From the human T2T-CHM13v2.0 reference genome, Homo sapiens, in NCBI RefSeq assembly GCF_009914755.1, contig NC_060940.1: 64,000 bases of DNA; one strand, written 5' to 3'. Every line of letters begins with the position of its first letter. The first letter of the stretch is position 1. Under the pieces are notes generated by a model. It was not told the DNA's origin. It was given only the letters and a program-made list of their open reading frames with translations, and ran no database searches. The position numbers and the translations under genes were made by a program. Below are positions 47,134 through 60,064 of this stretch, one piece after another.

Positions 47134-47600
47134 TATGTATGTGTATGTGTGTAGATGTGTTTGCATGTGTCTCTGTGTGAGTGTATGTTTATGTCTGTGT
47201 ATGTATGTGCATGTGTGTATACATGTTTCTGTGTGCCTCTGAGTTCGTGTGTATGTCTGTGTAGGTGTGTGCATGTGTTAAGGTAAGTGTGTATAGATAT
47301 GTTAATGTGTGTATGTGTGCACATCTGTGTGTATGCATATGTGTATGTGTATCCTTGTGTGTATGCCTGCACGTGTGTGTATGTGGATCGCTGTGTGTTT
47401 ATGTATGTGTACATGCATATGCATGCATATTTATGTTCTATGTTCATATCTGTGTATGCATGGCTGTATGTGTTTATGTGTCTCTGTATGAATACATATG
47501 CATGTGTAAATATGTGTTTATATTTGTGAATCTATGTATGTGTCTGTGTGTGTGTGTGCACATGTGCTATGTGTCCTGTGTGTGTGTGTGCATGCATGTT
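47134..47600. repeat. degenerate (TG/TA)n low-complexity tract
   Basis: read directly. Confidence 0.9.
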
Positions 47601-48334
47601 GCTGGTAACTTCAGTGGGAGTGAGGATGAAATGTGACTTCCAAGGGGATAATGTGAGTCTGGGCTGGCTCAATACACAAGAAAAGAAGGTGATGATGAAA
47701 TGATGTTTCCTGACCTGGTTCAGACCCAGGTACCACCCTTGCAGGGTGATGCTCGAACCATGTCCAGGAGAGAACCTAGAAGGTGGAAGTTCTGCAAATC
47801 ATGTAGATCAAATGCTATTTACTAGAGCGTTCCCTTCTCAAGCCAACTTCCTCTCCCTTTCTCCCATTCCTCTCCTCTCAGCTTTCTGGTAACTTCCAAT
47901 ATGCTGGGAGCCTTTCCCTGCTTTCCCCCTACAAAGAGATAGGCACATCACCCATGACTGGCCACAGGAATTCTGAATTCCTCTGGCCACAATGATTGGC
48001 TCAACAAAAGCATGTTACCCACCCCTCCTCCCCCAGGCAAATCGGAACTCTTCCTATCATGGGCGAGTTGCTGTTAATTGGTATAATCAGCTGTGAAGAT
48101 GATGTATGAGCTGTCAGGTCCATTTTCTAGGTGGAAAGAGTTTATCTGTGAACACAGCCAAGACTGAAGAAATTAGAACAAAGAAAAGGTGAGATAGTGT
48201 CCTGATGATTTATTTCATATGTTCCCCTAGATCCAGCCTTGCCTGAATGCAGATGCACCATTATACCATGTCAAATGCAGAACAGTAGGTTGAACTCAGG
48301 TGCTCATCCAAGCAAAGAGGTGGCTTGGGGTTAG

Positions 48335-48386
48335 TGTGTGTGTGTGTGTGTGTGTGTGCGCGTGTGTGTGTGTGTGTGTGTGTGTA
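48335..48386. repeat. (TG)n(CG)2(TG)n microsatellite
   Basis: read directly. Confidence 0.95.
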
Positions 48387-48677
48387 TGATGTGCCTGGGG
48401 GAAGGCATGCATCTTGCAAATGCATGTTTAGCAGATATTATACAGCAGTGTCATAGATTCAGACTGGGGAACTCCAGAGGGCAGAACCAGAATTCAAGGG
48501 TTGGAGGACCCATGAGGGAAATTTTGGCTTTTTCTAAGAAAGAGATTTCTGGCAAAGTGCCTCAAAGTAGAAGGGTTACCTCAAGAGAGTGAGTCCCCCA
48601 TCAGTTCCCCAATCCCTGGAGGATACCAAGTGGAGATGTGAGTCATGGATGATGTATCAGTCAAAACTCTTCTGGAA

Positions 48678-48848
48678 ACTTCTAGTATTTTGAGTAACCT
48701 CCAAACTGTTCTCCATAGTGGTTGTACTAGTTTACATTCCCACCAACAGTTTACAAGGGTTCCCTTTTCTCCACATCCTCACCAGCATTTGTTATCACCT
48801 GTCTTTTGGATATAAGCCATTTTAACTGGGGTGAGATGATAACTCATG
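48678..48848 (-). mobile_element. L1 (MA/PB) ORF2-end fragment
   Basis: ctccaaactgttctccatagtggttgtactagtttacattcccaccaacag...gtgagatgataactcat. Confidence 0.85.
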
Positions 48849-48853
48849 GCAAG

Positions 48854-49218
48854 CGTATTAGTCTGTTTTCACGGCTGCTTGATAAAGACATACCTGAGAC
48901 TGGGTAATTTATAAAGAAAAAGAGATTTATGAACTCACAGTTCCGTGTGGCTGGGGAGGCCTCACAATCACGGTGAAGGGCGAAAGGCACTTACATCTTA
49001 CATGGTGGCAGACAGGACAGAATGGGAGCCAAGCGAAAGAGGAAACCCCTGATAAAACCATCAGATCTCGTGAGACTTACTCACTACCATGGGAACAGTA
49101 TGGGGAAAACTGCACCCATGATTCAATTATCCTCCACCAGGTCCCTCCCATGACATGGGAATTATGGGAGCTACAATTCAAGATGAGATTCGGGTAGGGA
49201 CATTGCCAAACCGTATCA
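48854..49218 (-). mobile_element. MaLR THE1 solo LTR
   Basis: gtattagtctgttttcac...ctacaattcaagatgagatt...aaaccgtatca; TSD gcaag at 48849-48853 and 49219-49223. Confidence 0.92.
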
Positions 49219-49224
49219 GCAAGG

Positions 49225-49600
49225 GAGGAAATGTATTGGTTCATGTAGTCAGGAAGAATTCTCAGATAGCTTTTGTAGAATTGAAGGAGGTGGAGACTGT
49301 CTGCTTCCCTCTGCCTGGCTCCATCTTCTGCTTTGTCCATGTGGTGGGGAAGATGGCCACCATTGCTCCTGATTCCACATCCTCCTTCACAACCCTGACT
49401 ACAAGAGAACGTCACAGGAGAGGACTCTGTGTGGCTCTGCTTGGATCGTATGCCCACTCCTGGAGCAATCACTGAGCATGATTGGCCAGGTCTGGCTGGG
49501 TCATGTGTCCATCCCAATGATTGGGAGTAGAAATTACTAGAAGTTACTAGAAGAAGGGTAATGGAGGAAGATGTGCTGGGCTTCTGAAGACATTAGTCAC
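49225..49600 (-). mobile_element. old MLT1 (J/K-like) LTR fragment
   Basis: gattggccaggtctggctgggtcatgtgtccatcc. Confidence 0.5.
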
Positions 49601-50759
49601 TATGGTCCACTATGGATGGTGTGGGGTGGATTCAACATAAAGTGGGAAGATGTCTGTATCACTTCTAAGGTACTTTGACACACAGTAAGGATGTTAAGAG
49701 CACTTGTTGAAGGAATGTATAAAGATTCATTCCTGTGTCTCTGTTTTATGATTTTAGTCTGTCTTGTTAATACCTTGCAGTTGACTTTGCCATGGTAGGT
49801 TTTTTTTCTGACCAGCACAGGAGCTCTTTTGCTTGTGTGCTGTGGGAGGGACACCTTGAGGTGCCCTCTGGCTACTGGCCACCTCACTCCACACCTCTCA
49901 AATAAGGCACCTTTTGGAGAAGACATTTCCATGTTGGGACACTGTGGATAGTAATTTAGAATTACCAGATGGTGATTAAATCCTTCTTGCTTATTGTCGT
50001 GATTCCCTGAGCCTGTCTGCCACCCCTTCCTTCCCAAGTGTTCTAATTAGTCAAAGTTATATGAGAACAAAATTATAATGAGGAATATTCCTTGGTGGGG
50101 GGGAAGCACTGTTGGAGTTCCTTGGACTTGCCATCAGTGGAACTCTTGAATGAGGTTAGTAGAGTTAAAACAACTATTCAGGGAGTGGAGATAATTGTAA
50201 AAATATTTGATCAAGTTTGTTGGAGCAGGTTGCCTTTTGCAGGTTCCATATTTTGAAGAAAATGCTGCTTTCCGTAGAATCCCAGCTATCTCTGCTCTGG
50301 TCTCTACTCTTCATATCATAGCCTGAGTAGTCCTACTAAAGCACTCCTTGCTCAGAAACTTGTAATGGCTCCTTATTGCCCACATCAGGAATGGCAAGTG
50401 TAGACTAAGTGTGCTGTTATCCCCCATTCCTACACTCAAGGCAGACATCACTAATCAATTACAGCAAGCCTCAAACTCCTCTCCTTACTGCTTCTCCCCA
50501 TAGCTAGCTATCAACTAGGGTGGATCACAGGAGGAAACCTATGTGCCTTCCCAGTTCTACAGTGTCAAGGGTCAGGCTGCTTAGTCCAGCATTTGATGCT
50601 TTTCAGAGCCTGTCTCTTTACTTCTTCCAGTAAATTTTCTGCTTCAGCTAGCTCCCTGAACTCTCATATGCTCATTGCTTACTGGGCTTTTGAACAGTTT
50701 TCTTCTCAGCTAATAGGGGAGCTGTTAAGCATATAGTTTTTGGAATTAAACTCCATGGG

Positions 50760-51219
50760 TTCTGGCAAAATCAAAATAAAAATGTGGTGATGAATTTCTT
50801 AATTTAATGTTTTATTTGGGAAGAAAGAATTGCAGTTTGGGGCTTGCACACAGACTGGGCGGACTTTGGTACATTTGAAGAACAAAGAGAAAGTTGGAGG
50901 TTTTATGGCAAAGAGAAATGTTGTGTATTGCTTGTTGAGAATGTTCATTGGCTCTAGACGTTTCTGGGGAGCTGGCAAGCTTGATTGGTGGGCGATGGCA
51001 GTAGATGAAATTAGTCCTAGAGTTGCAGCACTTTATCTCAGCAGTTATCGATAAAACTAGTCTCAGGTTACAACAGGCAGTCTCAGCAGCTGGACTTGCA
51101 GAGAATAACATTCTTGCAGCAATATTATGTGTCCTGAGTGCATTTTCCCCCCTGACTTTTCAACTCTTTTTTAGTTGGGTGTGACAAGAATGATGAAGTT
51201 CATATGATCAACATTCACA
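50760..51219 (-). mobile_element. ERV1 MER4-group LTR inserted in a MIR
   Basis: reverse complement begins tgtgaatgttgatcatatg...cttgtcacacccaactaaa; MIR resumes at about 51220. Confidence 0.6.
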
Positions 51220-51654
51220 ATCCAGTTTCAGCTCTGCCACCTTGGAATTGGGCAGCTTTGAGTAAAATATGTAATTATGAAGCCTCACCTTCCTTATCTG
51301 CAATTTGCAGATGATAATAATATCTGTTTCCAGGGTTAATGTGTGGGCAAAGGAAGATAATTCGTGAAGGCCCCTAGCACATTATTAAGTCTTGAGTGAG
51401 CTTTATATTGTAAAGTGGTATTGCAACGTCTATTGTAGTGGTTTTGTATCTGACACTCTTGTTGGTATGTATTAGACATATGTCCGTTCATTCCACTATC
51501 TGTCCATATTATTCCCTGTCTGTTCCTTGTCCTCCTCCATTGCCTTTAAGGCACAGCTAAAGCTCCCCCTCCCCACTGATCTGCCTTTTCCTGTTTTCTA
51601 GCATTTCAGAGGCTGCCACATTGGTCAACCCCAGAGGCAACTTCACCTGCTTTT

Positions 51655-51730
51655 CTGAAGCCGTCCTCCAGGGGCGCCATTCCCATAGACTACAAGGTGA
51701 GAGGTGGCGCCCCTGGAGTCGTGGCACCTG
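51655..51730. mobile_element. hAT-Tip100 MER91-like palindromic fragment
   Basis: ggcgccattcccatagactac...tggcgcccctggagt. Confidence 0.6.
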
Positions 51731-52117
51731 GTGTCCTATTTCTCCAGTCACATAAGGGGCCAAACTTGCCTTCTGCAGGAGACTGAATGCTTCTGAGAGC
51801 AGAGGCTATGCCTTAAGCACCATCGTGTGCCTGGCATGCATTAGGTGCTCAGTCCACGTGGGTGGAATGAATGGAGAATAGGAAAGGGCTGAGGTACCAT
51901 CTGATTTTTCCCAGGAATTGGGGCAGTGTTGATGGTCAGTGATGGGGTAAAATACTGAAAACCACATGGATGAATAATGCAATATGGTAAAAATAAAGTC
52001 AGATAGAAAACTTCACATCCCCTTTCCCTCCATCTCTATCCAGGAGGGCTCTGAATGCTCATCAGTGGCCTAATGGCTTCCTTTAGTGCCCTCCATGGTC
52101 AGCTCAACAGGATGCAA

Positions 52118-52325
52118 CAGGGTTTTACCACCTCTGGACTAGTGGTGTCTTGGGCCACATCGTTCTTTGTGGTAGGGGCTGTTCTGCGCACTGTGGGATG
52201 TTGAGCAGTGTCCTTGGCCTCTACCCACCAGATGCCTGTAGCAACATCTCTCTCACCCCCTGGTTATGACAACCAAACATGTCTCCAGACATTGCTGGCT
52301 ATTTCCTGGAGGACAACATTGTATC
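52118..52325. mobile_element. hAT-Charlie MER20
   Basis: ggggctgttctgcgcactgtgggatgttgagcag...gacaaccaaacatgtctccagacattgc. Confidence 0.85.
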
Positions 52326-53269
52326 AGTGAAGAAACAGTGAGATATTAAACAGTTGTACCTGCAGGTCCCCGACTAGGTGACAGCCATCTGCAAGCAAGG
52401 TAAAAGATAGGAAAAGTGAGCCTGTCATTTTACCTATATTTAATTTAGCATTTTGAGGCTTGGCATGGTGGCAGCAGGGATGGATAGCCTTCCAATGACC
52501 TGTCCAAAATCTTAAGGCATGAAATTGGACCTTGGCTGACATGGACAATGGCTAATTTGTTGTTGTTGTTGTTTGTTTGTTATTAGGTGAATAGTGACTT
52601 GGTTGCTTTGGAAAGCAGCGGGAAGGGAAGGAACTTGAGAGATTTCTAGGATTCTGGAGATGGTGCAGTCTGGTAAAGCTTCTGTCTTTGGGTCAGGTTG
52701 ACCTCCAGGGCACTGGCATGTCACGTGGCCTGCAGATCTCTCAAGAGTCTTCTTTTCTTTCCTTTCTTACCTGATTAACAGCTTTGTGGGCTCCACTAGA
52801 GTCAGATCTTCTAGGAAGGCTTCTCTGGTGCCTATCCTGTCAAGCTAGATCGGGGACCTTCTGTGATCCCATATCCCTCTCCTCCACCCCATATTTATTC
52901 CGTCACAGTCCTTAATGTATAGGGGTCCACGTGGCTACCTGTCAGTCTCTGCCACATGGCCATGAACTCTATGTCTCACTTACCTTTGCACATCCAATGC
53001 GCAGCATAAGGGCCTGACACATAGTAGGTGGTCATCTCTTCAGTTTCCTACCAGGGGCTAACTAAGCTCTTTGCACAATGGTAATCAAACAAATGGCAGT
53101 CCCCAGCTCATGGAGCAGAGTTTCATGTGTCACGATCCTGAGCCTATCCTCATCCATCTCCTGGAATCTGTAGAACACTCTGGGAGTCTGATGTCCCCCA
53201 GGCCAGGAAACAGAACCACTGAGTCAAAGGATATCAGATTTCTTCTTGGATCCTCATATAACCTTGTGA

Positions 53270-53600
53270 AGCAGGATCTATGAGGAACACACCCATTTTA
53301 TCATCGAGGAGACTGAGACCCAGAGAGGTTAAATGACCTGCTCAAAGTCAGACAGTGAATTGGCAGCAGAGTGTGGGTGAACCTGGGACTTTGAACTCTT
53401 GATTAATGCTTTGTTTGGGTTCTGGGTGTAGAGGACAAACTCTGGAGTTGCGATCATGGCTCTGGTAGGTACCAGCTCTATGACCTTGGCCAAGTCACTT
53501 AACTTTCCCAACTCTTGATTTCCTCATCTGTAAAATGGGCATCATTCTAAATGTCTTTGTAGGGTTATTTGTAAGCATCAATGAAATGATCCATATGAAG
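53270..53600. mobile_element. two MIRs (- 53270-53400, + 53440-53600)
   Basis: gactgagacccagagaggttaaatgacctgctcaaag; tgaccttggccaagtcacttaac...ttcctcatctgtaaaatggg. Confidence 0.8.
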
Positions 53601-54008
53601 AAAGCTCTTGATCCACATGAAGAAAACTCTCCCAGGACACAGTTGCTGCCATGTATAAAACCCAAATACTCCTTTGCAGGGTGCAGTGCAGAACCCAAAG
53701 GGATCCATGATCTCATGGCCAGAACAGCCTCCAGGAAGAAGATGCACAGCTTCCTGAAACCGCACATCCCTCCTTCCTCCTGGGAGCCCAAATTCCAAGA
53801 AATGCAGCTAAAATTGGCCCTCAAACAGCTTTTGCAGAGCACGTCGCAGCTTTTTTTGGGTCTAGAGAGCCAGTTTCCATGATGAAAGTGGCACAGAAGG
53901 AGAGACCCAGCTAAAAACAGCCACCGCCCAGACTGGTGTTAACAGAATGCAGCCTACCCTGTTGTTTTGGGGGTTTAGACGCTTCGACTTCCGCAGCAGA
54001 CCTCCACA

Positions 54009-54027
54009 TTGCCACTAGGTGGTAGTA
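54009..54027 (+). promoter_or_regulatory. CTCF core motif
   Basis: ttgccactaggtggtagta closely matches the CCASYAGRKGGCRS consensus; binding not shown. Confidence 0.6.
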
Positions 54028-54739
54028 TCGCAACACCTGGCAGGAACTGCACCCCAGGACCTTGACAGAGGGGCTGGGAGCCACTTCTGAAAATCATGCC
54101 CATCAAATACGCACCAGCTACAAAATTCTGCACCAGATTATTTCCCTTTTATTTGGGGGCATTTATTTGCATTACATGGGCTCTGTGGAAGTGTCTCGTC
54201 TAAGGGCTTAGTGCTTTAGTGTCTCAGAAGCAAAGCGAAAGAATTGTCCATGGGTAACATCCTAGCCACATGGCCCCGTGGGTGTCCCTACTGCTAGCAG
54301 ATATGTGATCCCTGCAGCCCACTTCACTTAGGAGGTTCATGATGCCTTGAGTCCAATGTAGTTGAAGAGCTTGCCTCGATTAGGAGGACGCATAGCTTGC
54401 CTAGGTGGTCCGTTGCTGTCCTCTTTGAGTGCAGCGATGGAGTTCTAGCTCTGCAGTGTGGCTGCCTTGTGCTGAGGCCATTAAATCGTCTGGAGAACGG
54501 GGGCACTCGTGAAGCCTGCCTCATGGCTGGTCCTTCCCCTGCGAGGAATGGATGAGTGACAGATGGAGGTTTCTTAGGTGGTGTCTGGCTCATAGCAAGG
54601 GCTCAAATGTTAGCTCCTTTTGCTATTTTCTCAGTATCTCCAGTGACTAGTGTGTTTTAGTCACTCAACCAAATGGTAGCACAGTGATCCTCACTGTCCT
54701 CGTTTAGGTGACAACAGACGTTAGAGGAATGAGTTCATG

Positions 54740-54905
54740 GTCTCGATTTTCAAAGTGTGGTCCTGGGCTGGCAGCATCGGCACCACTGGGCTCTTGTTGG
54801 AATTGCAAGGTCTGGGCCTCTAGTTCAGCCTGCTGCAGCAGAATCTTACTTAACAGCCTCTCTAGGGGGTTTGCGACACATTGAGGTTTGAGGAGTGCTG
54901 CTCTG
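54740..54905. mobile_element. MER5-type MITE
   Basis: ttcaaagtgtggtcc...cagcatcggcaccactgg...tttgaggagtgctgctct. Confidence 0.7.
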
Positions 54906-55632
54906 AAGCTCCTTCTGGCTCCCGAATGCAGGGATTCACCCCAGCCTGGGGTGAGCTCTGTCTCTCAGATTCATATCTTTGGGAACAACAGCAGCCAGTC
55001 CAGCCCTGCATTTTAACCTTTTACTCTTGCTTTTCCCAAATGTTGTCTCCAGCTGCCTCTGCGCTTGGGTGTGTTGGGGTGGGAGGGTGGGGCGATGGGG
55101 AGTCGATGGGGGGCCTCATGCTGCCGCAGATTCGGATTTTGCTGGGCTCAACATGCTTTCCCTGAGCTTCCAGATCCAGATCCTCACTCCCCAAGATCCT
55201 GCCAGCTTCCCTGTCTTTGCCTACAGCATCCTCTTCATCACCCCAGTGACCAGAAAATGCACTGTTTCCAACCAACCCCTCCTTTTCCCTCACTACCTTG
55301 GCCACCAAAGCATCTCTTGCACCCCAGTTTTTCTCTTTGGGTGCCGCTGCTCTGGCTCTTGGTTGTCTAGAACTTTGGGAGCCACCCCAAATCTCCTAAA
55401 GGTCCCCCTGACCCCACTTCTCCTCCCCCAGCTCCTGATCTTATCTCACACATTTCTGTCTGATGGAGTCCTCCAAGCTGACCCTTGCACTTTAATGTCC
55501 AACATAGAGCTTCCCACTGCTGATTCAAGGTCTGCCCTCCCTTGCGTGGTAGCCAAGGCCTTCTGTGATCTCCTAACGACCTCCAAGTTACCTTTGCGGC
55601 TTCATCTCCAGCTTTTTCCTCTCTTATTCTAG

Positions 55633-55835
55633 ATCAGGGGCCTTCGGGCCAAATCTGGTTTGCAGCCTGCTTTTGTAGATAGTTTGATTGGAATCCAGCC
55701 ACCCATGTGTTTACTGATTGTCTATGTCTGCTTTCACAGTATCAGGGCAGAGTCGAATTGTTTCAACAGAGACTGCATGGCCCACAAGGCCTGAAATGTT
55801 TACTCTCTGGCTCTGTGCAGAGAAAGAGTGCTGAC
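55633..55835. mobile_element. MER58-like MITE
   Basis: gggccaaatctggtttgcagcctg...gcatggcccacaaggcctgaaatgtttactctctggc. Confidence 0.8.
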
Positions 55836-56409
55836 CAGATCTAGATCCAGCCAAATGGCACCATGCACTTGGTCCCTCACACACATCCTGGCCTTTACCA
55901 TAACCTGGTTTGGCCCTGGGGGGTCTGTCGATTTGCAAAGTCCTGGCTCATTTCTGCCCATAGTAATTTTTCCCCACCTGGAAGGTCCACCTCCAGTGCC
56001 ACCGAATTTGGCATTCTTTCAGCAAACATTTATGGAAATCTGGCAGGTGCCTGGCATGTTGTGTGCTGGGGAGAGGTCCTTGCTCTCAGGGAGCTGGTGC
56101 TGGAGTTGCTGACCTGGCCCCCGTTCAGAAGCACCTCTAGAGCTTCATCTTGAGAGCTCTTGGCCTTTCATTTTATTATTGTCATGTCTTATTGGCCTTG
56201 AGGCCAGGTGCCTGCCTCCTATTTCTGTAGCACTTGGCACAGTGCCCAGCACACAGGGAAGGTCATTATAGTCTATTGGAATAAATGAATGAATCTCTCT
56301 TCTCCCCAGAGTCCTTGTCCGGGTTATCATGCTGGGGGCTGGATTCCACCTCCCCTGTGCTTCCAGCTGTTTCTGGAATCCCATTTCAGGCCAGATGCTA
56401 TTTACATCC

Positions 56410-56950
56410 ATGCTTCTCAAACTTTCACGTGCAAAGGAACCACTGGGAAACTGTGTTACAATGCAGAGGCTGGTTCTGTGGGTCTGGGATGCAGCTCTCA
56501 TTCATTACCAGATAGTGCTGAAGATGCTGGGCCGTGGACCACACTTTGAGCAGCAAGGATTGGTTTTCGCCCCGGATTTCACACTAGAGTCATTTGCGGG
56601 CTTCTCAGTGCTCACACCTAGACCTTACCCAAGATCAGATGAATCAGTGAAGGGGGATGTGGTGGGGCCCAGTCTCTCCAGGTGATTTTAATGTGCAGCC
56701 AGCATTAAATCTTGACCTAGAACCACCAGCCTAGAACTGTGAAGCTGCTTTCCAAATGAACCCCCCTTCTAACATCACTACCACCTAGAGCAGTGGTTCT
56801 CAAAGTCAGGTTCCCAGACCAGCAGCACCTGCATTGCCTGGGGACTTGTTAGAAATGTGAATTCTTGGTTGCAGCCCAGAGCTACTGAATCAATCTGTGC
56901 TCTAGCAAGCCCTACAGAAGATTTCCAGGCATGTGTAAGAACCACTGTCC
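56410..56950. mobile_element. cluster of MER5A/B MITEs
   Basis: ggaccacactttgagcagc; cagtggttctcaaagt...cttgttagaaatg...agaaccactg. Confidence 0.75.
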
Positions 56951-57514
56951 TAGAAATGTTTGACCTTGGGTCCACCCAGCGACTCCAAACTGGTCTTTCT
57001 GCCTCTGGTCACACACCATCCAATCTACTCTTTATTTTGTAGTGAGAGTAATTTTCCAGAAACGTCAATCTGACTAGATTACTCATCTGCTTAACACGTT
57101 CCAAGGCTCCCTCCCCATTGCCCTCAAACCCGTGCGTGGCAGAAGTCTGAGGACTAAATCTTCCTAGCCCACCTCCCACCACATCCTGTCTTGGCTCCCC
57201 TGTTCCAGGAACATAGAACCATTTATATACCATCTTTGGAGAAATGCCTATTCAAGTCCTTTGCCCATTTTTTAATTGGGTTATTTTATTTTATTTTTTG
57301 TTGTTGCATCTGGGAGCTTTAAAAAATACTGACATCTGGGTCCCATGCCCAGAGAATCTAACTGGTTTTGGGTACAGCTTGGGCACAGGGTTTTTCAAAG
57401 CCCCCCATCCCTCATCTGATGACCCCAATGAGTATTCAAAGTTAAGAACTTCTGAATTTAGCCAGAGGTCTGTTCTTTGAGCCTAGAAAAACCTATTTAA
57501 TAAGAGATAGAGGA

Positions 57515-57898
<384 letters not shown>

Positions 57899-58300
57899 CT
57901 ATTTGAGTCTCACTGCTGGGCCAATCAGACACAAGCCTGGGTATATTTGGATCTTGGAGGATTTCACTCAAGCCCACTCAAAGGGGAGGAGATTGGAACT
58001 AACAGTCATTGCATACCATACACATTCGTTCACTCTTTTAAAGGCTGTCAGGCCAGGTAGGTATTAATGTCTTGAGATCATGAACTAGTGAACGGTTTAT
58101 GAGCTTTTTAAAAGCTACCTTTCATCAGGAACTTTAACCTCTGTGAAGTACTTTACGTCCATTTTCTTATTCAATTATCACATGAAATATAAGTATTTTT
58201 ATAGACGAAGTACTAGAGTTAGAGAAGTGCAGTTAAGGCTGCACAGCTCATGGAGACAAATGAATCTGCATTTGAGATCCTAGATCCCCTCCCCCACCCT

Positions 58301-58590
58301 CTTTTTGAGACAGGATCTCACTCTGTCATCCAGGCTGGGGTGCAGTGGCGTGATCACAGCTCCCTGGAGTCTTGACCTCAGGGCTCAAGCAATCCTCCCA
58401 CCTCGGCCTTCCTGGGACTATAGGAGCATGCCACCATGTCCGACTAATTTTAAATTTTTTTTTTTTTTTTGGTAGAGATAGTGTCTCACTATGTTGCCCA
58501 GGCTGGTCTTGAATTCCTGGGCTTAAGCAACCCTCCTGCGTCTGCCTCCAAAGGTTCAGGGATTACAGGCATGAGTCACTGCGTCTGGCC
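58301..58590 (-). mobile_element. AluJ
   Basis: reverse-complement Alu; flanks cctagatcccct/cctagatctctt. Confidence 0.9.
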
Positions 58591-59357
58591 CCTAGATCTC
58601 TTTTAAAAATAATCCCTAACTCCAGTTTCCCAGCCCTCTCCAATATTAAGCAAACATTAAAAAAGAAAAACAACTTAGTTAAATTGAACGCAAGGAATCT
58701 GCAACTTAGCAGGCAGCATTTATCTGCATGCAGATTTCCCCTGATCGGCTCCCGCTATCATGGGAGAGATTCTAACCCTTGTTGGAGGACGCGTTCAAAG
58801 TTGTGTTAGTAAAAATTACTTTATGTAATGAACCCTTAGATCAATTCTTATTGAAATGAGCTGGAATTAGATTTTTGCTCTTCCCGTATGTAATGCTTTC
58901 AATTCAATGATGAATTACTGGAGTCAGCAGCTATCTGACATTGCGATGCCGTGCACAGCATGCTATGCCTTTCTTGTTTGCTAGCCCTTTGCGGAGGGAA
59001 AGCAGACCTATTGAAGTGCATTTTTTAATTTAGTGGGGCTGTTCGATAGAAGCTTTTTACTTTATTGAGGGAGAATTTGCCATTTTAACATTTAAATTCA
59101 CTTGTTTTCACAATCTTTTTTGGGTCCTCGTGTGAATATTAATGATTATATGTACATGCAAATACATTATTTGTGTGACTTCGGGCAAGCCACATCACCT
59201 CTCTGTGTGTTTTCTGTTTTCTCATCTTTGAAAGGAGAGGGCTGGATCAGGTCTCTGTTTGCCAAAATTTTGTAGATCTGTGTTAAGAAAAAAAAATCAG
59301 AGGAATATTAGATTCAACAAAGTCAAGGTTTCTGCCTTTTCAATTCAAATTGTTTCT

Positions 59358-59573
<216 letters not shown>

Positions 59574-60024
59574 TAGGAACTTAATCTAACACTTCTGCCT
59601 TCTCAAGGGATTATGGAAAAGACGCTTCAGCTCTGACCTCTTTATTCCTCATGCAAAGAAGAATGACTCATATCTCTAGAAAGATGGGGAGAAGTTATCA
59701 TATCTTGGCCGTTTTTACCAGGGCTGGGGACACTTCATCCAACAGCTGACCTGGCCACCCACAGTCATTTCTCTCCACACTTGTTAGGGTGTGAGGCCAG
59801 CTGAGATCCTCTGTAGAGAAGTCTGAGGAAGCATCTGCAGTATGTATTGTAAAGTTATTTGACTATATGCAAATGTTCTTAGAATCATGTCTTCATGGAG
59901 AAGCAAATGCTTTATTATGTTGCAATGACTCTCTCTCCCTAATATATATTTTTTACTAAAAAGCCATTTTATTTGGTATTAATATGGCCACTCACCTTTA
60001 TTTTGTTAGTATTTGGCTGATGTA

Positions 60025-60064
60025 TTAGGTTGGTGAAAATGCAATTATGTTTGCACCAACCTAA
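60025..60064. mobile_element. internally deleted MADE1 (40 bp)
   Basis: ttaggttggtg...caccaacctaa TIR ends flanked by TA on both sides. Confidence 0.85.

Noticed and set aside
47133-47636. C/V/M/Y- and H/T-rich ORFs
   Set aside because: Translations of the degenerate TG repeat.
53535-53882. 115-aa ATG-initiated ORF
   Set aside because: The ATG comes from the MIR core (aaaatggg) and I recognise no homology. A conservation or Ribo-seq check would be needed to revive it.
54979-55632. 217-aa ORF
   Set aside because: Non-ATG start, no recognisable domain, pyrimidine-rich composition, no supporting exon structure.
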